Below, one piece after another: positions 6,635-16,300 of a stretch of DNA of 37,020 bases. The translations under genes were made by a program, and so were the position numbers. The DNA lies in IMG/VR virus record IMGVR_UViG_3300030376_000305, positions 1 to 37,020 of that record; one strand, given 5' to 3'. The notes beneath the pieces are model-generated. The model saw nothing but the letters and a program-made list of their open reading frames with translations. It did no database searches and was not told the DNA's origin. The stretch is from a virus. Its lineage: Duplodnaviria; Caudoviricetes. The stretch's first letter is position 1, and each line of letters opens with the position of its first letter.

Positions 6635-8316
6635 CAGACTGTCAGACAGACAAGAGCGTGATCTCGCCTACTACGAATACTGTGTTTTTAGACATAGAGG
6701 CAGACGGCCTGAACCCTACGAAGATACACTGCGTGGTTACAAAGAGACCGAACGAAGCTCACTTGACGCATTTATCTAGACGGAGTTTGATGGATGAACT
6801 GGCAAAAGGTGGCAAGGTATGTGGACACAATCTTGTTGGTTACGATCTTCCTGTTATGCGTAAACTGTGGGGCATCCGTATACCATCACATAGAGTTGTC
6901 GATACTCTAGTACTGTCTCGCCTGTTTCATCCTGATCTAGATGGTGGACACAGCCTAGCTGCATGGGGAACTAGGCTTGGCTTTGCTAAAGGTTCACACG
7001 ACGAGTGGGATGAGCTATCACCTGAGATGGTTGAGTACTGTAAGCGTGACGTTGATGTGACTCAGCGACTGCACGATGCACTTATAGGACAGATGCAGAT
7101 GTTTGGTTTTACTAAGCACTGCGTTGACCTTGAACACAGCGTTGCGTTTATCTGCAAGGATCAGGAAGACAACGGCTTTGAGTTTGATAAGCAGGGCGCT
7201 GTTGACTTGTATGAAGAACTGACTACACGTATGCACAGGATTGAGAAAGACTTACAGCAAGTGTTCCCACCCATAGTAGAAGAGAGGATCAGTGATAAAA
7301 CACAGAAGAGACTCAAAGACAAAGTCACGGTATTCAATGTCGGCAGTAGACAACAAATCGCAGAGCGTCTTGCTGGCAAGGGCGCTGTGTGGAAGGAACT
7401 CACTCCCGCAGGAAAACCAAAGGTGGATGAGGCAACGCTTAAAAAGCAGACTCACATTCCAGAAGCAAAGATTATATTGCGTTACCTTCTGTGCCAAAAA
7501 CGCGCATCTCATGTGGACTCGTGGATTAAAGCAGTTGGCGAAGACAACAGAATACATGGCCACGTCAGGCACATCGGAGCTGTCACCGGACGGATGGCAC
7601 ACTCCTCTCCGAACATGGCTCAGATACCTGCAGTAAGGGCTGAGTATGGTAAGCAATGTCGTGACCTATTCACCACACCTGAAGGCCGTGTTCTGGTTGG
7701 CGCTGATGCCAGCGGTCTTGAGCTACGTATGCTTGCACACTACATGGATGATGAATCCTACACCAACGAGATACTGTCTGGTGACATACACACAGCTAAC
7801 CAGACAGCCGCAGGACTAGAAACAAGAGATCAGGCTAAGACATTTATCTATGCGTTCCTGTACGGTGCAGGTGATGCCAAGATAGGTAGTGTTGTAGGAG
7901 GCAGCGCCGCTCATGGTAAGAAACTCAAAGCAGCGTTCCTTGAGAACACCCCTGCTCTAGCAAAGCTACGCTCTGAGACTATGGCAGACGCAGAGACGGG
8001 CTTTCTAACTGGACTAGATGGCAGACGCATACGTGTACGATCACAACACGCAGCACTGAACACACTGCTACAGGGCGCTGGCGCTGTGGTAATGAAGCAA
8101 GCTATCGTTATCCTGTATGATCTACTGGCTCGTGTTGACTTCAAGCTAGTCGCACAGGTACACGACGAGTGGCAGATAGAATGTAAACCAGAGGACGCAG
8201 ACTTCATAGGTAAGTCGTGTGTCAACTCAATGATATTCGCAGGTGAAGTCCTGCAACTGAACTGTCCGTTAGACGGAGAGTATAGGGTTGGTAATAGTTG
8301 GGCTGATACCCACTAG
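6625..8316 (+). CDS. polA: Family A DNA polymerase (T7 gp5-like, Tyr762 type)
   Basis: ExoI DIEADG, ExoII HNLVGYD, motif A DASGLELR, motif B RDQAKTFIYAFLYG, motif C VHDE. Confidence 0.97.
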   Translation: MVVADCQTDKSVISPTTNTVFLDIEADGLNPTKIHCVVTKRPNEAHLTHLSRRSLMDELAKGGKVCGHNLVGYDLPVMRKLWGIRIPSHRVVDTLVLSRLFHPDLDGGHSLAAWGTRLGFAKGSHDEWDELSPEMVEYCKRDVDVTQRLHDALIGQMQMFGFTKHCVDLEHSVAFICKDQEDNGFEFDKQGAVDLYEELTTRMHRIEKDLQQVFPPIVEERISDKTQKRLKDKVTVFNVGSRQQIAERLAGKGAVWKELTPAGKPKVDEATLKKQTHIPEAKIILRYLLCQKRASHVDSWIKAVGEDNRIHGHVRHIGAVTGRMAHSSPNMAQIPAVRAEYGKQCRDLFTTPEGRVLVGADASGLELRMLAHYMDDESYTNEILSGDIHTANQTAAGLETRDQAKTFIYAFLYGAGDAKIGSVVGGSAAHGKKLKAAFLENTPALAKLRSETMADAETGFLTGLDGRRIRVRSQHAALNTLLQGAGAVVMKQAIVILYDLLARVDFKLVAQVHDEWQIECKPEDADFIGKSCVNSMIFAGEVLQLNCPLDGEYRVGNSWADTH

Positions 8317-8342
8317 CACAATTCTATTTTATGTGGTATAAT
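8314..8342 (+). promoter_or_regulatory. Extended -10 promoter
   Basis: TGTGGTATAAT (-10 at 8337-8342); weak -35 TAGCAC at 17 bp. Confidence 0.6.
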
Positions 8343-8376
8343 ATTATGGTAAGTTTAATTAGTGGAGAGATACACT

Positions 8377-8823
8377 ATGTCTAATGAAGCACCCAATGTA
8401 ATGGTCAACTGCTCTTTGTTCTGGCCTAACCTGACTCACAAGAACGAGTTAGCTGGTAAGTACACAGTCGATGTTGGTAACCTATCTGACGCTGCTATTA
8501 TGGCGTTGGAAGACATGGGACTTAACATTCACAACAAGGGGGATGAACGTGGAAACTACATCACCTGTAAGTCAAAGAACAAGTACCGTGCGTTCAAACC
8601 TGACGGATCAGAGTTACTCATCAAGGGACGCACACCACGGGACGAGGAAGATGACCCCGAATCAGGAGTCGTGGTGGGTAATGGTTCTACCGCTAGGTGT
8701 CTCGTCGGATACTACGATTGGGAATACCTCAAGAAGAAAGGTCGTAGTCCCTCTCTCAAGCGTCTAGTAGTTGAGAACGTAGTAGAGTACGCACCTGAAG
8801 CAGAAGAGATGGAAGCTCTGTGA
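8377..8823 (+). CDS. Single-stranded DNA-binding protein (gp2.5-like)
   Basis: GKYTVD, VGNGS motifs, acidic C-terminus, position after polA; ATG 8377 preferred (GGAG RBS). Confidence 0.75.
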   Translation: MSNEAPNVMVNCSLFWPNLTHKNELAGKYTVDVGNLSDAAIMALEDMGLNIHNKGDERGNYITCKSKNKYRAFKPDGSELLIKGRTPRDEEDDPESGVVVGNGSTARCLVGYYDWEYLKKKGRSPSLKRLVVENVVEYAPEAEEMEAL

Positions 8824-9512
8824 TATTGGTTGATGGGGATATGCTGGTGTACCGTGTGGGGTTTGCTTGTGACAACGAAACTAAAAAGGTTGCCACACAA
8901 ACTCTAGACAATTACCTATCCGAAATGATTGCTGACTTGTCAGCTCATTACACCACCAGCACTGTATTCCTGACGGGAAAGGGCAATTTCAGGGACGAGA
9001 TTGCCACCTCTCAATCATACAAAGGTGATAGAAAAGAAAAGCGCAAGCCTGTACACAAGAAACTGCTCCGTGACTTTATGGTATCAGAGTGGAATGCACA
9101 GGTTGTTGACGGTATGGAAGCTGACGATGCTATTGCTATCAAGGCGACTGAGCTAGATCATAAAGCTATCATCTGTTCTTTGGACAAAGACTTCAAGCAG
9201 GTTCCTTGTCCTATGTATGATTACACAAAAAAGAAGATGAAGCCCACTACACCAGAAGATGCTATGCGTTGGCTATACAAGCAAGCATTGATGGGTGATC
9301 GTGTCGATAACATTCCGGGTATACACGGTATCGGTCCCAAGACAGCAGATAAGATCATAGATCCTTGCACTACTGAGTGGGAATGCTACAGCGTGTGCCT
9401 GACTCATTACTGGGACAACGAGTTGGATGAAGACAGACTATTAGAAAGTCTCAACCTTCTCTATCTGTTACGCTCACCTGAAGATAGGTATAGCAAACCA
9501 AGTGAAATATGA
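8820..9512 (+). CDS. 5'-3' exonuclease (T7 gp6-like)
   Basis: LVDGD, YKGDR, EADDAI, DKDF, GDRVDNIPG. Confidence 0.92.
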   Translation: MILVDGDMLVYRVGFACDNETKKVATQTLDNYLSEMIADLSAHYTTSTVFLTGKGNFRDEIATSQSYKGDRKEKRKPVHKKLLRDFMVSEWNAQVVDGMEADDAIAIKATELDHKAIICSLDKDFKQVPCPMYDYTKKKMKPTTPEDAMRWLYKQALMGDRVDNIPGIHGIGPKTADKIIDPCTTEWECYSVCLTHYWDNELDEDRLLESLNLLYLLRSPEDRYSKPSEI

Positions 9513-9879
9513 TTCTAAGTTTGAGAAAGAAGCCCATGAGATTATGCAGGGCTGTGAGTACCATCCAGAACAACGCTTGTTCTACCTTGTCCCTAAACAT
9601 TACGAGCCTGACTTTGTCTACACACACAGTGGTAAGACATGGTACATAGAAGCCAAGGGTAGGTTCCGTACATCAGAGGAGGCACGTAAGTATGTCATCA
9701 TCGCAGAGACACTTGGGCCAAAGGAGGAGTTGGTTTTTCTCTTCCAAAGACCAAGAACACCAATGCCGGGATCACGAAGAAGAAAAGACGGTACACGCTA
9801 CACAATGGAAGAGTGGGCAGAAAAAAATGGATTCCGTTGGTACACTATCGAAACAATACCCACAGGATGGAGAAGATGA
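9502..9879 (+). CDS. Endonuclease I / Holliday junction resolvase (T7 gp3-like)
   Basis: YDSKFE, YEPDF, IEAKG PD-(D/E)XK motif. Confidence 0.9.
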   Translation: MKYDSKFEKEAHEIMQGCEYHPEQRLFYLVPKHYEPDFVYTHSGKTWYIEAKGRFRTSEEARKYVIIAETLGPKEELVFLFQRPRTPMPGSRRRKDGTRYTMEEWAEKNGFRWYTIETIPTGWRR

Positions 9880-10631
9880 GACATCTAGTAATACCTGACA
9901 CTCAGATCAAACCGGATCATCCTATAGATCATATGCAGTGGGCTGGCAGGTACGCTTGTGCTATCAAGCCTGACGTTATTATACATCTGGGGGATCATTG
10001 GGATATGCCATCGTTGTCATCGTATGACGTTGGTAAGAAGTCGTTTGAAGGTAGGCGTTACTCTGCTGATGTCGAAGCAGGCAACGAAGCAATGCAAGTG
10101 TTTATGGACTGCATACGAAACGAACAGAAGCGTTTGAGGCAACGTAAAAAGAAAGTGTGGAAACCTCGCATGATCTTTACGGTTGGTAATCACGAGTATA
10201 GGATTGAACGTGCAGTAGAGAACGATGCAAAACTAGAAGGACTTATGAGCTATGAGGATCTTAATCTCAGGGGGTGGGAGACTTATCCGTATCTGCAGCC
10301 GGTGGTTGTGGACGGTATCGCTTATTGTCATTTTTTCACTAGCGGCGTTATGGGTCGCGCAGTTAGCAATGCAAAGCTACTGCTCCAAAAGAAGCATATG
10401 TCTTGTGTCATGGGACACGTACAGGACAGAGACATAGCCTTTGACAGAAATGCAGCAGGAAAAAGAATGACAGGTTTGTTTGCTGGTATTTACTATCAAC
10501 ACGACGAAGAGTATTTAAACCCTCAAACCAACGGATCATGGTCTGGTCTATGGGTGTTTAATGAAGTAGACAACGGCACGTTCGATGAGATGCCTGTGTC
10601 TATGTCATATCTTAGGGGGAAGTATGGATGA
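9876..10631 (+). CDS. Calcineurin-like metallophosphoesterase
   Basis: PDTQ, HLGDHWD, GNHE, GHVQ; start MRHLVIPD at 9876 (ATGA overlap). Confidence 0.88.
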   Translation: MRHLVIPDTQIKPDHPIDHMQWAGRYACAIKPDVIIHLGDHWDMPSLSSYDVGKKSFEGRRYSADVEAGNEAMQVFMDCIRNEQKRLRQRKKKVWKPRMIFTVGNHEYRIERAVENDAKLEGLMSYEDLNLRGWETYPYLQPVVVDGIAYCHFFTSGVMGRAVSNAKLLLQKKHMSCVMGHVQDRDIAFDRNAAGKRMTGLFAGIYYQHDEEYLNPQTNGSWSGLWVFNEVDNGTFDEMPVSMSYLRGKYG

Positions 10632-10795
10632 AAACATTCGATGAAATGTTAGAGTTGATTAGTCACAGCTTGGATGAAGTGACGCTTTTAGAAGTTTTAG
10701 AGATTAACTCAGAGGATATTGTTGTTGCTTTTTCCGACAGGATACGCAATCAACTACATAAGTTTAACGGGCTGGAAGAGGAAGTAGATGAGTAA
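10628..10795 (+). CDS. Small acidic hypothetical protein (55 aa; not in ORF track)
   Basis: MKTFDEMLELISHSLDEVTLLEVLEINSEDIV...; ATGA overlap, fills the gap. Confidence 0.75.
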   Translation: MKTFDEMLELISHSLDEVTLLEVLEINSEDIVVAFSDRIRNQLHKFNGLEEEVDE

Positions 10796-11087
10796 CATGA
10801 ATGAAGCAACACCAGAAGAATGGGACAAGGCCAGCACCACAGTGTACGGTAAACTGTTTCACCCAGACGATCCTGCAATACAAAAACAAGTAGGTGGCAG
10901 TCACTACAACCGTTACACAATACAGCCAGTAGACTTTATTATTGCTAACGATCTAGATTGGTGTGAAGGTAATGCCATCAAATACATTACAAGATGGAAA
11001 GACAAAAACGGAGTAGAAGATATTAAGAAAGCTATCCACTATTTAGAAATACTATTGGAACGTATACAAAATGACGAACGTAATTGA
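10788..11087 (+). CDS. DUF3310 protein (T7 gp1.7-like nucleotide kinase family)
   Basis: QVGGSHY, GNAIKYITR..KNGVEDIKKAIHYL. Confidence 0.88.
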   Translation: MSNMNEATPEEWDKASTTVYGKLFHPDDPAIQKQVGGSHYNRYTIQPVDFIIANDLDWCEGNAIKYITRWKDKNGVEDIKKAIHYLEILLERIQNDERN

Positions 11088-11325
11088 AGGTAACTTTAAA
11101 AAAGATGTTCCTGCTAATGAGTTTCTTTCTGCTTGTGCATTAAGAGCGCAAAACCAAATTGAAGAAGGAAGAAATCCTAAAGTAGTTGTAGTGTTCTTTG
11201 AAAACGGCTACCCGTTAGAAGTAACATCATCAGAACAATATCCTGATGGGGTGTTTATGACACTTCATTTAGCAGCATCAGCAATTATCAATGAAACATT
11301 GGGCATAACAGGAGAACCAGAATAA
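11071..11325 (+). CDS. Hypothetical protein
   Basis: Fills the gap before RNR; coupled. Confidence 0.7.
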   Translation: MTNVIEGNFKKDVPANEFLSACALRAQNQIEEGRNPKVVVVFFENGYPLEVTSSEQYPDGVFMTLHLAASAIINETLGITGEPE

Positions 11326-13197
11326 ATGGATGCATACCAGCAGTACATACACAAGTCTCGCTACGCACGATACCTACCAGAAGAGAAACGCAGGGAGACT
11401 TGGGAAGAGACAGTAAACAGATACGTCAACTACTGGGTTGATCGTGCTGACCTGAATGACTTTGAAGTATCAGAGATGTTTAAGTCTATCCATGACCTAG
11501 ACGTAATGCCTTCTATGCGAGCGTTGATGACTGCTGGTGAGGCGCTAGATAGGGACAACGTAGCAGGGTTTAACTGCAGCTACCTGCCTATTGACCACCC
11601 CAAAGCGTTCGATGAGATGATGTACGTTCTTATGTGCGGTACAGGCGTAGGGTTTAGTGTAGAGCGACAGTACGTACAAAAACTACCAGAGGTGGCAGAG
11701 ACATTCCATGAAACCGATACAGTTATTAACGTGGCAGATTCGAAGATCGGATGGGCGAAATCGTTTAGGGAGTTGGTATCACTGCTGTATTCGGGTCAGG
11801 TTCCCCAATGGGACGTTAGCAGAGTACGACCTGCAGGTTCCACGCTTAAAGTTTTTGGAGGTAGAGCAAGTGGTCCAGAACCTCTGCTTGACTTGTTCCG
11901 ATTTACAGTTGATCTCTTTCAGGGAGCGGCTGGACGAAAACTTAGCTCCGTTGAGTGCCACGACCTTTGCTGCAAGATTGCTCAAATCGTCGTCGTGGGA
12001 GGAGTCAGACGATCAGCACTCATCAGTCTCAGCAATCTCACAGATGACCGATTGCGACGATGTAAGTCAGGACAATGGTGGGTAGACAACCCCCAGCGAG
12101 GACTATCAAACAACTCTGCGTGTTACACAGAGAAGCCAGATTTTGAGGCATTTTTAAATGAGTGGACAAGCCTATACGAATCCCGATCTGGAGAGCGAGG
12201 CGTCTTTTCTAGAGTGGCTAGTCAAAAACAAGCTGCAAGAAACGAGCGACGAGATGCTTCCTTTGATTTTGGAACTAATCCATGTAGTGAGATCATCCTC
12301 CGACCCTATCAATTCTGTAATCTATCAGAAGTTGTTGTCAGGCCGTCCGATACTCTCGCAGACCTCAAACGAAAAGTACGCATTGCGACTATCCTTGGAA
12401 CTTTACAGGCTACCCTCACCGACTTCCGGTACTTGAGAAGTATCTGGAGAGCTAATACAGAAGACGAGGCGTTGTTGGGTGTATCCCTAACAGGTATCAT
12501 GGATCACCCTACGCTGTCAGGACGAGGAGACAAGAGTGAACTTAAGAAGTGGCTTAGAGCAATGCGAGCAGAAGCCATCAAAACTAATGAGCAGTGGGCC
12601 AGTAGGCTGGGCATTAACGTATCTACAGCCATTACTGCTGTTAAGCCTTCAGGTACTGTTAGTCAGTTGGTCGATAGTGCTAGTGGGATTCACCCTCGCT
12701 ACAGCAGTCAGTACATTAGGCGGGTCCGTGCTGACTCTCGTGACCCTCTGTGTGCCGTCCTAGAGGCCGCAGGAGTGCCTGTGGAGGACGATGTTATGTC
12801 ACCTAGTACCAAGGTATTTAGCTTTCCTATCGCGTCTCCTGAAGGCGCTGTGACAGCCTCAGACATGGGTGCTATGGAGCAGCTAGAACTGTGGGAGATA
12901 TATCAGGATGAGTGGTGTGAGCACAAGCCGTCCATGACGTGCTACTATCGAGACGATGAGTTCTTGGAGGTGGGCCAGTGGTTGTACAACAAGTTCGACA
13001 AGGTTAGCGGTATCAGCTTCCTGCCGTACTCAGACCACACGTACCAACAAGCACCATACGAACCTGTGGACAAGAAAGAGTACAGACAACTTGCTAAAGA
13101 CTTTCCTAAAGAAATATCGTGGGACATAGAAGAAGCCAGCGACATGACTGAAGGATCACAACAACTGGCTTGCACAGGAAACAACTGCGAGTTATGA
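11326..13197 (+). CDS. nrdJ: Class II (adenosylcobalamin-dependent, monomeric RTPR-type) ribonucleotide reductase
   Basis: FNCS, GGVRRSA, TNPCSEI, VKPSGT, C-terminal CTGNNC; no small subunit gene. Confidence 0.93.
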   Translation: MDAYQQYIHKSRYARYLPEEKRRETWEETVNRYVNYWVDRADLNDFEVSEMFKSIHDLDVMPSMRALMTAGEALDRDNVAGFNCSYLPIDHPKAFDEMMYVLMCGTGVGFSVERQYVQKLPEVAETFHETDTVINVADSKIGWAKSFRELVSLLYSGQVPQWDVSRVRPAGSTLKVFGGRASGPEPLLDLFRFTVDLFQGAAGRKLSSVECHDLCCKIAQIVVVGGVRRSALISLSNLTDDRLRRCKSGQWWVDNPQRGLSNNSACYTEKPDFEAFLNEWTSLYESRSGERGVFSRVASQKQAARNERRDASFDFGTNPCSEIILRPYQFCNLSEVVVRPSDTLADLKRKVRIATILGTLQATLTDFRYLRSIWRANTEDEALLGVSLTGIMDHPTLSGRGDKSELKKWLRAMRAEAIKTNEQWASRLGINVSTAITAVKPSGTVSQLVDSASGIHPRYSSQYIRRVRADSRDPLCAVLEAAGVPVEDDVMSPSTKVFSFPIASPEGAVTASDMGAMEQLELWEIYQDEWCEHKPSMTCYYRDDEFLEVGQWLYNKFDKVSGISFLPYSDHTYQQAPYEPVDKKEYRQLAKDFPKEISWDIEEASDMTEGSQQLACTGNNCEL

Positions 13198-13374
13198 CAT
13201 GAAGAATATGGAGTAACCTTTGTTACTACCACCTACGTCCTCTGGCTTATCTTTGGAGTCATGGGACGTAGGTATTCCTTCCTTCTGCATCTTCTTAACG
13301 CGATCTTTAGAACGCTCACACATACTGTGATAGTCGATAGATGTATAAGAAACTGTATGTTTATCATCGTTCAT
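13192..13374 (-). CDS. Small hypothetical protein, last gene of the structural arm
   Basis: Start overlaps the stop of the 1330-aa gene; stop abuts the nrdJ stop. Confidence 0.6.
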   Translation of the reverse strand: MNDDKHTVSYTSIDYHSMCERSKDRVKKMQKEGIPTSHDSKDKPEDVGGSNKGYSIFFMS

Positions 13375-16300
13375 TCGCTAAAAACTCCTTTGAGTGTTTT
13401 ACCTACAATCGGTAGAGCAAAGATTGTTTCATCAGGTAAAGGATCACCTTTCCTAAAAGCATCGGCTATGTCTTCTAAGACTGCACCGGGGAGAGTAGCA
13501 CCCAGTGGAGGTAGCACATTAGTAGCCATTGCAGTTAAAGGATCGTTCATAAACTTATCGTAACCGTAGTCGTTAGCACCCATAGCACCAAACGTAACAA
13601 CAGATCCTATTTGGTAAAGAGCAGATACTGCACCTTCTACTGGGTCAGGAGACTCTCCTTTTAAAACCTGACGAGCCTCATTAACTACCCCATACCCTCC
13701 ACCTGACAGCACAACGTACTTAGCTAAGTTTTCTAGTGCTTGTTTCTTGTTACCAGCTTTCCACTCTCTGTATATCCTACGCTCCATTAAATCAAACTGT
13801 TTGATTGCAAAACCTTTTAACATATAAAAAATACGAGCATTAGGATTAGCCAAACCTGCCGCTGTTTGCGCTGCTGCGTTGATAGGCTGTAGCTTGAACA
13901 AATCAAACATAACAAGATCACGTACTAGCTCACTGTCTGTAACGCCATCAGCAATGTCTTTCTTTAGTTGTTGTATCTCAGGTTTACTAAAACTGTACTG
14001 CCACTTAGTATCAAAACTACCATCAGCTATGTCTTGTCTTGCTTTGTTAAAGGAAGCACCCATGATACGACTCTTACCAAACTGATCTAGTTTAGAAAAA
14101 CCAGACCACTTCATAGACCACTCAAGCAAGTCTTCACTGGCTTTAGCAGCGCCCTCAATAAACCTATTACCTGAAGTATAACCACCAAGAGCATCTATAT
14201 CTTTTTGAGTTCCTTTACGAGCCTTACGTACAAACTCACCAAACACCTGACGAGCTAGTCCCATATCAGCAGGGTTAAAATCAATACCGCCTTTAGCAAA
14301 CACAGCTTTAACTACATTGCCTAGACCAAGCTCAAAGGAAGCATTAAACAAATCGTGGACGTTCATCAAAGCGCCGTAAGGATTAGCAATAGTACCTACG
14401 TAGCCAAGACTACGAATCATATCTAGCTCACTCGCCATCCCTTTGTTAGCGTTGATACCTAAGTCATCAATAATTTGTTGTGCGTTCTTAATCTGTACGT
14501 CAGAATAACCCTCACGCTTTAAGGCTTCTTCAATGATGTTGTCATCAAACAAACGGAACTTACCTGCCTCGTAAGATGCAGTAGCTTCTAACTCACTAGC
14601 ACCTTCCTTTACAGCTTTAGGGTCTAGGTTTTTACCTACAACAAGTGGTTTACCTGCTGTTCTAAAACCAAGCTGCTCACCTATTTCCATTCTAGTTAGA
14701 GTTTGACGTTGCCATGTCCAGTGCGAATCAAATATATTCGCATACTCCTGTTGTTTCTCAGGAGGACGTTTAGCATTAGCCTTTCTCCACTTTTTCATTG
14801 AAGGACGTTGAACATTCTTAGAGGCTGCATCCTCTGCTTTAACTGCGGCCCTATCTCTATAAGTCCTTAGAGAAGCATCTTTCATTACTGATTCAGGAGC
14901 AGAGTGCATCCATACAGGAGTTACTTCTCCCGCTGTTACTTGTCTGCGGTATCTACTAGAAAATGCAACGTTATCATCAAAAAACTTTTGCAATCTTTCA
15001 GGTGCGCCCTTACCTATTTTAGCTCTAGATAAGTTCATAGCAGCTTGTAAAGATTTTTCTTTAAACTCTAAAGACAAACGCGGATTAACTGCGTCTAGTA
15101 GTAGATCGTTAAACTTAGGATTAGAAGATGCTAGTTCGCGGAACGGTTCCATACCTTTCCACATACTGTCAAGTTCAGTTTGTTTCCTTGTTACCCTGTT
15201 CATAGCCCTAACAAGACGCTGTGAAAAAGCAACGCCTACTGTCTCTTCAGCAAGAGTAGCAAGAGGAGAAGCTAAACGCCTAAACCGAACAAGAGCTTTC
15301 TGCGCTTCAGGGATAGTACGACCTACGTCAGCAGAAAGACGCCCAGTAGTCATGTCTAATAAGTCTTGACGTAGATGCGCCATGTCATCAAGAGTTTCAA
15401 AAGGCTCATCTAAAGTTTTACGCAAGTCTTTGATAGCCTTATCAGAGCGTACTACTCTATTTAGCTGACGAATGTCTACACCCATGTCTTCAGCGTACCC
15501 TTTCATGCGCTGATAAAAAGGTACTAAGTCTTTAGGTAATGCGCCTTGTCTACCTACGACATCTCCAAGAAACTCAATCTCTCGCATTAACAATTGAGTG
15601 GCTAGTTCTGCATTAGTTATATCTTCAGGCGCTCTGGACATCCTAGCAGCCACAACTAACTCTTCTTGTGCTTCAGCACGAGCTTTGTTGAACTCTTCAA
15701 TGGTGTTAAAACGTTTGGTGAAGGAAGGGTCTAGTATTTTATCAAAGGCTTTTCCTGTCAAAGCGCCTAATGCACCGTAACCTATACCTTGGAACAGCCT
15801 GTTTTCAAAGCCTTCACCTGTAGCAACACCGTAGATAGAAGACTCAATACCTGCCTGTGCTGCAATAGACGTAACGCCTGCTTTAGCTAAACCACGAGCA
15901 AGACCAATACCTGTGGGTAAAGTAGCTATTAGCTCAACAGGAGTAGCCAACTGTGCCAACTCAGGATTGTTTTTGCGGAACTGCTCTCGTGCTACTTCAT
16001 ACTCAGCCTTAGCCCTATCATATGTTTTATCAGTAGTAGCAGATTCTATAGCAGCTTTCATCTCTCCTAGCAAACCAAGAGTAACACCTTCTCCTGCTTC
16101 TGTTACAAGAGAAGCAATACGTTTACCTTGTTCGTTAGCTAGTTCTCTACGAATGTCAATGGCTTTTTGAGGAATAACAATATCATCAGTCTTTCTCTCC
16201 TTTGCAGGAGGATTAATAATATCAATGGCAGACTGAGGAATAACAATACCTTCAGGCTTTGGAGTTTCTGCTAGTTCCCTATCAGGTACAGAGACTTCCT

